Below, one piece after another: positions 1-11,341 of a stretch of 19,283 nucleotides of DNA. Every line of letters begins with the position of its first letter. Positions within the stretch are counted from its first letter, which is position 1. The translations under genes and the position numbers were made by a program. The notes beneath the pieces were generated by a model. That model was not told where the DNA came from. It worked only from the letters and a program-made list of their open reading frames with translations, and ran no database searches. The stretch comes from Candidatus Rokuibacteriota bacterium (GTDB lineage: Bacteria; Methylomirabilota; Methylomirabilia; Rokubacteriales; DASRDR01): NCBI GenBank assembly GCA_044866005.1, contig JBIOTN010000218.1, positions 1 through 19,283 of the forward strand, read 5' to 3'.

Positions 1-47
1 TCCCGGCCGTGATGCAGGACGACCCGGCGCGACGGGTATCGGCCCGG

Positions 48-3000
48 CTAGGCGAGCGTGACGGAGACGACGCGGGAGAGCCCCGGCTCCTCCATCGTGA
101 TGCCGTAGAGCACGTCGGCCGCCTCCATCGTCTTGCGGTTGTGCGTGATGACGATGAACTGGGTCTGACCGGCGAGCTCGCGGAGGACCCGCGTGAAGCG
201 GTGGATGTTCGCGTCGTCGAGCGGCGCGTCCACCTCGTCCAGCAGGCAGAAGGGGCTGGGCCGGTAGTAGAAGATGGCAAAGAGGAGCGCGAGCCCCGTG
301 AGCGCCTTCTCCCCGCCCGACAGGAGAGAGATCGCCTGGAGGCGCTTCCCGCGGGGCTGGGCCACCATCTCGATCCCCGACTCGAGCGGGTCGCCGCCTT
401 CCGGGGCCTCGACGAGGCGAAGCTCGGCCCGTCCTCCCTCGAACAGCCGCGTGAACAGCTCCTGGAAGTTCCGGTTGATCGCCTCGAACGCCTCCTGGAA
501 GCGCGCCTGCGCCGTCCGCGTCATCCCGCGCAGGGCGCGCTCGAGATCCTTGACGGAGCCCGTGAGGTCGTCGTGCTGGGCGCGGAGGAAGCCGAGGCGC
601 TCGTCGAGCTCGCGGTACTCCTCGTCCGCGATGAGGTTCACCGGCTCGAGAGCGGTGATCTTCGCCCCCACCTCCTCGATCCGCGCCCGCACCGCGGGCA
701 GATCGCGCCCCGGCTCGTGCGTCGCCTGGAGCGTCTCGGGCGTGGCCTCGAACTGACGACGGGCCGTCGCCTCCACGTCCTCGCGGCGCACGCGGGCCTC
801 GGCGGCCCGCACGGTCAGCTCCCCGAGCGCCTGGGTCGCGCGCCCCAGCTCGACCTCCGCCGCCCGCGCCGCCTCCGATACCGCGCGCAGCCGCTCGGTC
901 AACACCTGGAGCGCGTCCGCCGCCTCCTGCGCCGCCTGCTGCGCCTCGTCGCGCTCCCGGCGGACCGCGGCGGCGCGCGCCTCGGCCGCGCCCCGCTCCG
1001 CGGCGCTCTCGGCGGCGCGCGCCGCGAGGTCCCGCCCGCGCGCCTCGCCGGCGTCCAGGCGGGCCCGCGCGTCCGCCTCGTCCGCCGCCAGCCGTTCGAG
1101 CTCCGACTCCACCGCGTCGATGCGGCCGGCGAGCGCGGCGAGGTCCACCTGCGCCTCGAGGAAGGCTTGACCCCGCCCCGCCTCCGCGGCGGCATCCGCC
1201 TCGATGGCGGCAAGGAGGCGCGCCACCTCGGCCTCCGCCCGCGCCGCCGTGGCCTCGACCGCCGCGAGCGCCTCGCGCTGCGCCAGGATCTCCGCCGCCA
1301 CGCTCGCCGCATCCGCCTCCAGCGCGGCGGCCTCGGCCCGGAGCGTCTCGGCGAAGAGCGCGGCGCGCGCCGCGTCGTCGTCGAGCCGCTCGACGTCCTT
1401 GACCGCTCCCAGGCGCTCCGCGTCGGCCGCCTCGCGACGCTCCGCCACGACCTTCTGCTCCTCGGCGACGGCAGCGAGCTCTGTTTCCGCGTCTCGGACC
1501 CGCGCCAGCGCGGCCGCGAGCGCCGCCTCCGCGTCGGCCGCGCTGGCCCCGAGGTCGCGGATGGCGCGCTTGCGCGCCAGCAGCGAGGCGTCCCCGCCAC
1601 CCGTGGCCCGCCCGCCGCCCACCGCGCCCGGCGGCGTCAAGAGCTCTCCGGCGACCGTGACGAAGCTCGTCCCGTTCCCGTTCTGGCTCCAGAGTCGCTC
1701 CGCGGCGCCGAGGTCGCGGACGACGACGACCGAGCCGAGCAGGTTATGGAGAAGCGCCGGGTACCCGGAGCGGACGAGGGTTCCCGCGGCGCCGAGCACG
1801 CCGGCGTCGCGCTCAGGCACGTGGACCGCCCTCCCGCCATTCAGCCAGTCGAGCGGGAGGAAGGTCGCCTGGCCGCCGCCGTGCTCGCCGAGGTAGACGA
1901 GCGCCGCCTTCGCGGCGGCGAACGTCTCGACCACGACCCACTGGAGCCGCTCGCCGAGCGCCACCTCCACGGCCCGCTCGAGCTCGCGCGGCACCTCGAG
2001 CAGGTCCGCCACGGTGCCGACGATACCGCCCAGGCGCGCCGCGCCCGCCGCGGTGAACACCGCCTGGACGCCGCGCCCGTACCCGGCGCGCTGCGCCTCC
2101 AGCTCTTCGAGCGCCGCGAGGCTCGACCGGTGCGTCGCGAGCGCCACGTGGCACTCCTCCGCCGCCGCGACCGCGGCCGCCCGCACCTGCCCGAGGCCCT
2201 CGGCGCGCGCCGCCAGGCTCGTGAGGCGGGCCTGCAGCTGTGCCGCGCGGCTCGCCGCCGAGGCGAGCGCGGCGTCCGCCTCGGCGCGGGCCCGAGCGAC
2301 GCGCGCCTGCTCGGTATCGGCCTGGGCGTGCTCCGCCGAGACCCGCTCGCGCCGCCGCGCGAGTTGCTCTCGCCGCTCTTCGCGCGCGCCCAGCGCCTGA
2401 CCGAGCTCGATCCGGCGGCCGGCCACGGCCACCTGCTCGCCCCGGAGCCGTTCCGCCTGCTCCCGCGCCTCGCGAAGCCGATCGCGGATCGTCTCGAGCG
2501 CGGCCTCGTCGGCAGCCGCCTGGGCGCGGAGGCCGGCGAAGTCCTCCCGCAGCGTCACGAGCAGGCGCTCCTTGGCCGCACGGTCCTCGCCGAGGGCGCG
2601 GAGGCGGCTCGACAGCGCTTCCGCTTCCTGCGCGAGGCGAGCGCTCTCCGCCGCGGCGACCGTCTCGAGCTGCCGGAGCTGCTCGGCCCGCGTCAGGCAC
2701 GCGGTCACTTCCAGCTCGGCGCGCTCCCGTGCGTGCCGGAGCTCGGCGGCGCGATGGTCGGCCGTCATGAGCTCCGCCCGCACGAGCTCCTGCTCGGCGC
2801 CGAGCGCCGCGACGCGGCTGCGGAGCCGCTCCGCCCGGTCGCTCGTCTCCCGCTCCTCCGCCGCCAGGCGCGCTTCCTCCTCGAGAAGCGCGACGTACTC
2901 GGCGGCGAGCAACGCGAGCTCGCATCGCCGCCGCTCCGCCTGGAGACTCTTGTACTGCTGCGCCCGCCGGGCCTGCCGTTCGAGCGAGCCGAGCTGACGC

Positions 3001-3593
3001 TTGACCTCGTCCATCACGTCCCGGACGCGCACGAGGTTCTGGCGCGTCGCCTCCAGCTTCCCCAGCGTCTCGGCGCGCTGCTGCTTGTACCGCGTGATGC
3101 CGGCCGCCTCCTCGACGAAGAGCCGGCGGTCGAGGGGTCGGGCCGTCAGGATGTGAGCGAGCCGCTCCTGCTCCATCAGCGCGTACGCTTTCGGGTTGAC
3201 GCCGGTCCCCAGGAAGAGATCGTGGATGTCCTTGAGGCGGCAGACCGCCTTGTTGAGGAGGTACTCGGACTCGCCGTCCCGGTAGAGGCGACGGCCGACC
3301 GAGATCTCGCTCCACGGCACCGGCACGTCGCCGTCGTTGGAGAAGGTCAGCAGGGCCTCGGCGAAGCCGAGCGGGCGCCGGGACACCGAGCCGTGGAAGA
3401 TCACGTCTTCCATGCGGTGGCCCCGGAGGGCCTTGGGGCTCTGCTCGCCGAGCGCCCAGCGGAGCGCGTCGGCCACGTTGGTCTTGCCGCAACCGTTCGG
3501 GCCCACGATCGCGGTGATGCCGGGCAGGATCTTCACGTCGGTGCGGTCAGCGAAGGACTTGAAGCCGTGGAGCGTGACTGCTTGTAGGCGCAT
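48..3593 (-). CDS. smc: Chromosome segregation protein SMC
   Basis: N-terminus MRLQAVTLHGFKSF, Walker A GPNGCGKTN, long Ala/Glu/Arg coiled coils, central hinge (GIVGTVADLLEV...VALGERLQWVVV), ABC signature LSGGE, Walker B LLDEVDAPLD, C-terminal QFIVITH. ATG at 3593 preferred over the ORF-track GTG at 3602 because it gives the usual SMC N-terminus. Stop TAG at 48-50. Confidence 0.97.
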   Translation of the reverse strand: MRLQAVTLHGFKSFADRTDVKILPGITAIVGPNGCGKTNVADALRWALGEQSPKALRGHRMEDVIFHGSVSRRPLGFAEALLTFSNDGDVPVPWSEISVGRRLYRDGESEYLLNKAVCRLKDIHDLFLGTGVNPKAYALMEQERLAHILTARPLDRRLFVEEAAGITRYKQQRAETLGKLEATRQNLVRVRDVMDEVKRQLGSLERQARRAQQYKSLQAERRRCELALLAAEYVALLEEEARLAAEERETSDRAERLRSRVAALGAEQELVRAELMTADHRAAELRHARERAELEVTACLTRAEQLRQLETVAAAESARLAQEAEALSSRLRALGEDRAAKERLLVTLREDFAGLRAQAAADEAALETIRDRLREAREQAERLRGEQVAVAGRRIELGQALGAREERREQLARRRERVSAEHAQADTEQARVARARAEADAALASAASRAAQLQARLTSLAARAEGLGQVRAAAVAAAEECHVALATHRSSLAALEELEAQRAGYGRGVQAVFTAAGAARLGGIVGTVADLLEVPRELERAVEVALGERLQWVVVETFAAAKAALVYLGEHGGGQATFLPLDWLNGGRAVHVPERDAGVLGAAGTLVRSGYPALLHNLLGSVVVVRDLGAAERLWSQNGNGTSFVTVAGELLTPPGAVGGGRATGGGDASLLARKRAIRDLGASAADAEAALAAALARVRDAETELAAVAEEQKVVAERREAADAERLGAVKDVERLDDDAARAALFAETLRAEAAALEADAASVAAEILAQREALAAVEATAARAEAEVARLLAAIEADAAAEAGRGQAFLEAQVDLAALAGRIDAVESELERLAADEADARARLDAGEARGRDLAARAAESAAERGAAEARAAAVRRERDEAQQAAQEAADALQVLTERLRAVSEAARAAEVELGRATQALGELTVRAAEARVRREDVEATARRQFEATPETLQATHEPGRDLPAVRARIEEVGAKITALEPVNLIADEEYRELDERLGFLRAQHDDLTGSVKDLERALRGMTRTAQARFQEAFEAINRNFQELFTRLFEGGRAELRLVEAPEGGDPLESGIEMVAQPRGKRLQAISLLSGGEKALTGLALLFAIFYYRPSPFCLLDEVDAPLDDANIHRFTRVLRELAGQTQFIVITHNRKTMEAADVLYGITMEEPGLSRVVSVTLA

Positions 3594-3605
3594 CCCCGTC
3601 ACGCT

Positions 3606-3634
3606 TTAGTAGCACGGAAGCGGGAGTCGGCCAA
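3606..3634 (-). promoter_or_regulatory. Putative sigma70-type promoter for smc
   Basis: Minus strand TTGGCC (3634-3629), 17-nt spacer, TACTAA (3611-3606) preceded by TG. An AT-rich tract (3636-3644) lies just upstream, unusual in this GC-rich DNA. The last -10 position is non-consensus. Confidence 0.45.
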
Positions 3635-3700
3635 GTAAAAAATACAAGCGGTGGCGCCGTGAGAGACCGCAGGGCCCTAGATGTAGGAGAGCGGGCGGGG

Positions 3701-4552
3701 TCAGGCCGCGAGCACCGCCAGGGCGTTGACCACCGCGTGGCCCACCATGGCGGGCAGCAGCGACCCGCTGCGCTCGACCAGGACGGCGAAGACGAGCCCG
3801 ACCGGGAAGACGGGCAGCCAGGAGCCGAGCTCGACCCCGTGGACGAGGGCGAAGAGGAGCGCGGTGAGCCCGATCGCCGCGACCAGGCCGAGGCGCGCTC
3901 TCAGAACACGGTAGGCAAAGCCGCGAAAGAACGTCTCTTCGCCGATGGGGACCGGGATGGTGACGGCCAGGAGGATGAACAGGAGGTCGGTGGAGCTGGT
4001 AACGCCGGCGAGCACTTCCTCGACGGGGTGCGCCGGCGCCGGCCACCCGAGACGCTCGAGCCCGGTCGACACGGCCCACGCGGCGGCGGCCGCACCGACA
4101 CCCGCCCCCGCGCCGATCCCCCACCACCGCCACGACACCCGGCGAAACCCGAGCGCCCGCCAGGAGCGGGGAAACCGGAGGAGCCCGAAGAGGAGCGCGA
4201 CAGCCGTGAGAATGCCGTCGTCGATCCCCTGGAGCCACAGGAACGCGTGCGGGTCCACGGCCACGCCCTCGAGGAGCCGGCCCTCGGTGAGGTAGACGAC
4301 GAGGAAGAGAGTCGCCGCGTAGAGCGCCCCCGCCGCGACGAGGTCTCCGAGCCGCGGTCGCGGCCCGACGACCGGGCCCGCCACGCCGGCGCGCTCGACC
4401 GCGGGGGGACCGGCGATCTGCAGGCCCGCGGGGGGCGCCCCCGACGGGCGCGGGCCCGGCGCCTCGTCGGCGCGGCGGGCCGGGTGGGGCCGGTCGGGCA
4501 CCGCGGGCGCGGCGGGCTCCTCGGGTTCGGGAGCGGCGCCCGGTGGCGCCAT
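3701..4552 (-). CDS. CPBP family (Abi/CAAX-like) intramembrane glutamic endopeptidase
   Basis: Several hydrophobic helices plus CPBP motifs EExxFRG (PIGEETFFRG), FxxxH (FALVH) and HxxxN (GHAVVNAL). ATG at 4552 has a purine-rich AGGGG upstream. The first ~60 aa are Pro/Ala-rich, so the start is uncertain. Confidence 0.88.
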   Translation of the reverse strand: MAPPGAAPEPEEPAAPAVPDRPHPARRADEAPGPRPSGAPPAGLQIAGPPAVERAGVAGPVVGPRPRLGDLVAAGALYAATLFLVVYLTEGRLLEGVAVDPHAFLWLQGIDDGILTAVALLFGLLRFPRSWRALGFRRVSWRWWGIGAGAGVGAAAAAWAVSTGLERLGWPAPAHPVEEVLAGVTSSTDLLFILLAVTIPVPIGEETFFRGFAYRVLRARLGLVAAIGLTALLFALVHGVELGSWLPVFPVGLVFAVLVERSGSLLPAMVGHAVVNALAVLAA

Positions 4553-4617
4553 CGGCCCCTACCGCGCGCCGGCGCTCGCGAAGAGGGCGCGTCGCTCCCC
4601 GAGCCGGCCGGACCCGC

Positions 4618-7395
<2,778 letters not shown>

Positions 7396-7404
7396 CGCGG
7401 CTTC

Positions 7405-7413
7405 ATTCTACCA
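7405..7413 (-). promoter_or_regulatory. Putative extended -10 promoter for secA (TGnTAGAAT)
   Basis: Minus strand TGGTAGAAT ends 9 nt before the secA ATG and lies downstream of the csp terminator, so secA plausibly needs its own promoter. No recognisable -35. Confidence 0.6.
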
Positions 7414-7453
7414 TCCTCGTTTCGGCGGAGGCCGCAGCCGGGCGGAAACGGGC

Positions 7454-7488
7454 AAAAGAAAGCCCCCGGTCGGGACACGGCCGGGGGC
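7454..7488 (-). terminator. Rho-independent terminator of the cold-shock gene
   Basis: Minus strand GCCCCCGGCCG-TGTCC-CGACCGGGGGC (11-bp stem, one mismatch) followed directly by TTTCTTTT, about 20 nt after the csp stop codon. Confidence 0.88.
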
Positions 7489-7508
7489 GAATGAGCGGAG
7501 GGAGAGGT

Positions 7509-7712
7509 TTACAGCTTGACGACCCGGGTCGCCTGGAGGCCCTTCGGCCCCTGGGTCACCTCGAACTCGACCTTCTGGCCCTCGGAGAGGGTCTTGAAGC
7601 CCTCCCCCTGGATGGCGGAGTAATGGACGAAGACGTCCTCCCCGTCTTCCTGTTCGATGAACCCGTAGCCCTTGGCGTCACTGAACCACTTCACCCTGCC
7701 TGTCTTGCCCAT
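7509..7712 (-). CDS. Cold-shock domain protein (CspA family)
   Basis: 67 aa with GRVKWF, RNP1 KGYGFI, RNP2 VFVHY and [16 protein letters not shown]. Purine-rich RBS (GGAGGGAAGG) upstream. The specific paralog cannot be assigned. Confidence 0.97.
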   Translation of the reverse strand: MGKTGRVKWFSDAKGYGFIEQEDGEDVFVHYSAIQGEGFKTLSEGQKVEFEVTQGPKGLQATRVVKL

Positions 7713-7767
7713 CGTCTGCCTTCCCTCCCTCTGCCTCTGGTGGATGCCCCGACCAAAAATCGGCGCG

Positions 7768-7797
7768 ATTATAGAAGCCGCACTTTTCGAGTGTCAA
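7768..7797 (-). promoter_or_regulatory. Consensus sigma70 promoter of the csp gene
   Basis: Minus strand TTGACA (7797-7792), 18-nt spacer, TATAAT (7773-7768). Both hexamers are perfect, and a short AT-rich stretch (AATTTTC) lies upstream of the -35. Confidence 0.92.
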
Positions 7798-7910
7798 GAA
7801 AATTCGCGTCACGCGAGGCGGCAAGACGGTAGAAGAATCGAAGAGTTGCCCGCGATCGCGCGCGACGCCGGGCGCCCCAGGCGCCGCTCGCGCCGCGCCC
7901 GGCCCCGCCC

Positions 7911-9623
7911 TCAGCGGCCCCGCGCCTGGCTCAGGAGCGCCGTGGCGTGCCGGAGACTCGTGTCGGTGACCGTCTCCCCGCCGAGCATCCGGGCGATCTC
8001 CCGCACGCGCTCGTCCCCGTCGAGGACGGCCAGGGCGGTGAGCGTGCGCTCGCCCTCCACGCGCTTTTCCGTCCGCAGGTGATGATCGGCGTAGCAGGCG
8101 ATCTGGGGCAGATGGGTGATGCAGAGCACCTGGCGGGCCCGCCCCACCTGCCGGAGCTTGCGGCCGATCGTGTCCGCGGTCTTGCCGCCGATCCCGGCGT
8201 CCACCTCGTCGAAGATCAGGACCGGCACCGCGTCCGAGGCCGCCAGGATCACCTTGAGGGCCAGCATCGTGCGGCTGAGCTCGCCGCCCGACGCGATCCG
8301 CGCCAGGGCCTTCGGCTCCTCGCCGGGATTCGGCGAGAAGAGGAACTCGGCCTGATCCGCGCCGCGGGGGCCCAGCCGCCACCGCTCGGGCCCGACGGCC
8401 ACGTCGCCGTGGCCGGCCGGCTCGCGGCTCAACCGGACCTTGAACACCGGCTTGTCCAGATCGAGCTCGCCGAGCTCCGCGACCACGAGTCCCTCCAGGC
8501 GCGCCGCGGCTTGCTCCCGGCGCGCCGAGAGATCGGCGGCCCGCGTGGCGAGCTCCGCCTCGAGCTTGTCCAGCCGCTCGGTGAGCTGCCGCCCCTGCTC
8601 CTCGCCGTGCTCGAGCTTGTCGAGGTCCGCCACCATCCGCTCGCGGGCCGCCAGGACGCCCTCGATACTGTCGCCGTACTTCCGCTTGAGGCGGGCGATC
8701 TCCTCGAGCCGGCGCTCGAGCTCTTCCAGCCGCGGCGGGTCGAAGACGATCCCGTCGCGATAGCTCCGGATCGCGCGAACGGCCTCGTCGAGCTCGGCCA
8801 CGAGGACGTCGAGCGCCTGGACCGTCGGCGCGAGCGCGGCGTCGACCTTGGCCAGCTCCCGCAGCGTCGCGATCGCCCGGCCGAGCTGGGCGGCCGCCGC
8901 CGTGGGCTCGTCGTAGAGCTGCTGGTAGGCGGCCCCCGCCCCCTCCGCGAGCCGCTCGGCGTTCTGCAGCCGCTTGCGCTCCTCGCGGAGGGCCTCCTCC
9001 TCGCCCGGACGGAGACGTGCCCCGTCGATCTCGGCGATCTGGGCGCGGCAGAGCTCGGTCCGCGCCACCTTGTCTCGCGCCGCCGCGGCGAGCTCCTGAA
9101 GCTCCGCGGCGAGGGCTTGCCGCTCCTCGTACCGCTGGCGCAGCTTGTCGCGGAGAATGCCCAGGCCGGCGAAGGCGTCGAGGAGGTCGAGATGCCGCCC
9201 CGGACGGAGCAGGGCCTGCGCCTCGTGCTGCCCGTGCACCTCGACGAGCGCCTCGCCGAGCTTCTCCAGGACGGCCAGCGTAGCGTTGGCGTCGTTGAGG
9301 AAGACCCGGCCGCGACCGCTTCGGACGAGCTCGCGGCGGACGACGAGCCGTCCGTCCTCCAGCGCGAACCCGTGTTCCTGCAGGAGCGCCGGGATCGGGC
9401 TCTTCTTGGGGATGGCGAAGACCGCCTCGATCGTGGCGCTGTCGGCGCCGGTGCGGATCGCTTCGGCAGGCTGGGCGCGCTCGCCGAGGAGCAGCGTGAG
9501 GGCGTCGACCATGATGGACTTGCCGGCGCCCGTTTCGCCGGTGAGGATGTTGAGGCCGGGGCCAAAGGGGATCGTCGCCGACTCGACGACCGCGAGGTTC
9601 CGGATGCGCAGTTCTTTGAGCAC
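7911..9623 (-). CDS. recN: DNA repair protein RecN
   Basis: MLKELRIRNLAVV, Walker A TGETGAGKS, VHGQHE, FSPNPGE, signature ASGGELSR, Walker B LIFDEVDAGIGG, QVLCITHLPQIA, RVREIARMLGG. 570 aa, downstream of NAD kinase as in many bacteria. Confidence 0.98.
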   Translation of the reverse strand: MLKELRIRNLAVVESATIPFGPGLNILTGETGAGKSIMVDALTLLLGERAQPAEAIRTGADSATIEAVFAIPKKSPIPALLQEHGFALEDGRLVVRRELVRSGRGRVFLNDANATLAVLEKLGEALVEVHGQHEAQALLRPGRHLDLLDAFAGLGILRDKLRQRYEERQALAAELQELAAAARDKVARTELCRAQIAEIDGARLRPGEEEALREERKRLQNAERLAEGAGAAYQQLYDEPTAAAAQLGRAIATLRELAKVDAALAPTVQALDVLVAELDEAVRAIRSYRDGIVFDPPRLEELERRLEEIARLKRKYGDSIEGVLAARERMVADLDKLEHGEEQGRQLTERLDKLEAELATRAADLSARREQAAARLEGLVVAELGELDLDKPVFKVRLSREPAGHGDVAVGPERWRLGPRGADQAEFLFSPNPGEEPKALARIASGGELSRTMLALKVILAASDAVPVLIFDEVDAGIGGKTADTIGRKLRQVGRARQVLCITHLPQIACYADHHLRTEKRVEGERTLTALAVLDGDERVREIARMLGGETVTDTSLRHATALLSQARGR

Positions 9624-9635
9624 TCCGTCACTTCC

Positions 9636-10493
9636 TCAACGTTCGCCCCATTTTAGCTTGGTCCTCAGCACCTGAAAGTATGTTTTCTGCGGATCTCGGA
9701 TGAGCCGGATCCGCGCGGCGGCGCGGCGGACGCGGACCACGTCCTTCGACGTCATTTCCCGCCCGGGCTGCCCGTCCACGGAGAGCGCGACGTCCGGCGT
9801 GTCGCTCAGCAGGCTCACCTCGAGGAGGGCCGTCCCCGGCAGGACGATCGGCCGGTTCGTCAACGCGTGGGAGGAGATCGGGGTCAGCACCACCGCCTCC
9901 ATGGTGGGGAAGAGGATCGGCCCGCCGGCGGAGAGGTTGTACGCGGTGGAGCCGGTCGGCGTCGCGATGATGAGGCCGTCCGCTCGGTAGGCGGTGACCA
10001 TCTGGCCGTCCACCGACACCTCGAGGTCGATCAGCCGCCCCAGCGCGCCCTTGGCGATCACGACGTCGTTCAGCGCGAGGTATTCGGCGAGCGTCTCCCC
10101 CGCCCGGCCGAGGCTCGCGGCGAGGACCATGCGGTCCTCCGCCGTGTACTGGCCGGCGAGCACGGCCTCGAGCGTCGGGTAGAGCGCCTCGAGGGTGGTC
10201 GCGGTGAGGAAGCCCAGGCCTCCCAGGTTGACGCCGAGGATCGGGACGTCCAGGCCGTCGACGAGCCGCGCGACCGAGAGCAGGGTGCCGTCGCCCCCCA
10301 CCACGACGATGAGGTCGACCTGCCCGGGCAGGGTGGCGCGCTCGACCACGGCGGCGGGATCCGGCCGGAGCGCCGCCGTGTCCCGGTCCACGAGGACGTG
10401 GCAGCCGCGGGCGGCCAGCCAGCGGGCCAGCTCCCGCACGACGGTGCCCGCATCCGGGCGGTCGCCGCGGGCGATGACGCCGATCCGGTTCAC
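9636..10493 (-). CDS. nadK: NAD(+)/NADH kinase
   Basis: C-terminal part of ORF 9636..11015 with GGDGTLL, GVNLGGLGFL, ALNDVVI, DGLIIATPTGSTAYNLSAGGP and KLKWG. True start inferred at GTG 10493 (MNRIGVIAR), overlapping the tlyA stop as GTGA. About 285 aa. Confidence 0.96.
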   Translation of the reverse strand: MNRIGVIARGDRPDAGTVVRELARWLAARGCHVLVDRDTAALRPDPAAVVERATLPGQVDLIVVVGGDGTLLSVARLVDGLDVPILGVNLGGLGFLTATTLEALYPTLEAVLAGQYTAEDRMVLAASLGRAGETLAEYLALNDVVIAKGALGRLIDLEVSVDGQMVTAYRADGLIIATPTGSTAYNLSAGGPILFPTMEAVVLTPISSHALTNRPIVLPGTALLEVSLLSDTPDVALSVDGQPGREMTSKDVVRVRRAAARIRLIRDPQKTYFQVLRTKLKWGER

Positions 10494-11341
10494 GGGCCCG
10501 CCCCTGCGTCGTCCGCGACCGCCGCGGTGACCTGCGCCTCGAGCGCCGCGGCGGCGAGCGGCTCCCCGCCACCCACGAGGTGGAGGAAGAACTCGCGGTT
10601 GCCCTTCGCCCCGCGCAGCGGCGACGCCGTCGCCCCGCGCGGGGCCAGGCCCTGGCCCGCGGCCCAGGTGGCGACCCGCAGGAGCACCTCGCGGTGCCGC
10701 CGGCGGTCGCGCACGATGCCGCCCTTCCCGGCCTGACCCCGGCCGACCTCGAACTGCGGCTTCACGAGGGCGACGACGTCGCGCGTCGCCCCCGCCAGGC
10801 AGGCGGCCACGGCCGTCAGCACCTTCTCCAGCGAGATGAAGGAGACGTCCACCGTGGCGAGGCTCGGCAGCTCGGGGAAGCGCGAGGGCTCGAGGTCGCG
10901 CGCGTTCACGCCCTCCAGCACCGTCACCCGGGGGTCCGAGCGGATGCGCGGGTGGAGCTGCCCGTGGCCGACGTCGACCGCGTAGACGTGCCGCGCGCCC
11001 CGCGCCAGCAGGCAATGCGTGAAGCCGCCGGTGGACGCGCCCACGTCCAGGCAGACGCGCTCGCGCGGGGCGACGCCGAAGGCCGCGAGCGCCGCCGCCA
11101 GCTTCTCGCCGCCCCGGCCCACGTACGGCGCCGCCGCGACCACCTGGACGGCCGCATCCGCCCGGACGAGGCGTCCCGCCTTGTCCAGCCGCTCCGTCCC
11201 GAGCCGGACCCGACCCGCGAGGACGAGCCGGACCGCCTCGGCGCGCGTCTCGGCCAGGCCGCGCTCGACGAGCAGCCGGTCGAGCCGCACGCGCCCGGGC
11301 CGGGGGTCGCGCCTAGGCGAAGAAGTGCGCGCCAGCGGCAT
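10490..11341 (-). CDS. tlyA: TlyA family rRNA (cytidine-2'-O)-methyltransferase
   Basis: S4-like N-terminus RLDRLLVERGLAETR, YVGRGGEKL, SAM motif LDVGASTGGFT, VDVGHGQL, DVSFISL, LVKPQFE and GNREF (K-D-K-E tetrad present). Start is ATG 11341 or GTG 11290. Confidence 0.95.
   Translation of the reverse strand: MPLARTSSPRRDPRPGRVRLDRLLVERGLAETRAEAVRLVLAGRVRLGTERLDKAGRLVRADAAVQVVAAAPYVGRGGEKLAAALAAFGVAPRERVCLDVGASTGGFTHCLLARGARHVYAVDVGHGQLHPRIRSDPRVTVLEGVNARDLEPSRFPELPSLATVDVSFISLEKVLTAVAACLAGATRDVVALVKPQFEVGRGQAGKGGIVRDRRRHREVLLRVATWAAGQGLAPRGATASPLRGAKGNREFFLHLVGGGEPLAAAALEAQVTAAVADDAGAGP

Noticed and set aside
900..2900. Apparent short repeats (GCCGCC, CGCCTC) within smc
   Set aside because: Explained by Ala/Glu/Arg coiled-coil codons. 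There is no fixed repeat-spacer period, so this is not a CRISPR or tandem array.
9..3587. 1192-aa plus-strand ORF opposite smc
   Set aside because: Almost coextensive with smc, rich in Arg/Leu/Gly, with no recognisable motif. This is the typical stop-free antisense frame of a high-GC gene.
4568..4578. GCCGGCGCTCG in the secA-CPBP gap matching part of the repeat at 16349-16359
   Set aside because: The main palindrome is absent, and the same word occurs inside recN (about 8708), so chance in GC-rich DNA is likely.
7868..7902. GC hairpin (CCGGGCGC...GCGCCCGG) just after the recN stop
   Set aside because: It could be a terminator or stabiliser but has no adjacent U-tract, and such stems are common at this GC content. 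Not called.
9636..11015. 459-aa NAD kinase with a long N-terminal extension
   Set aside because: The extension is an alternative frame of tlyA. Kinase similarity starts at GTG 10493.
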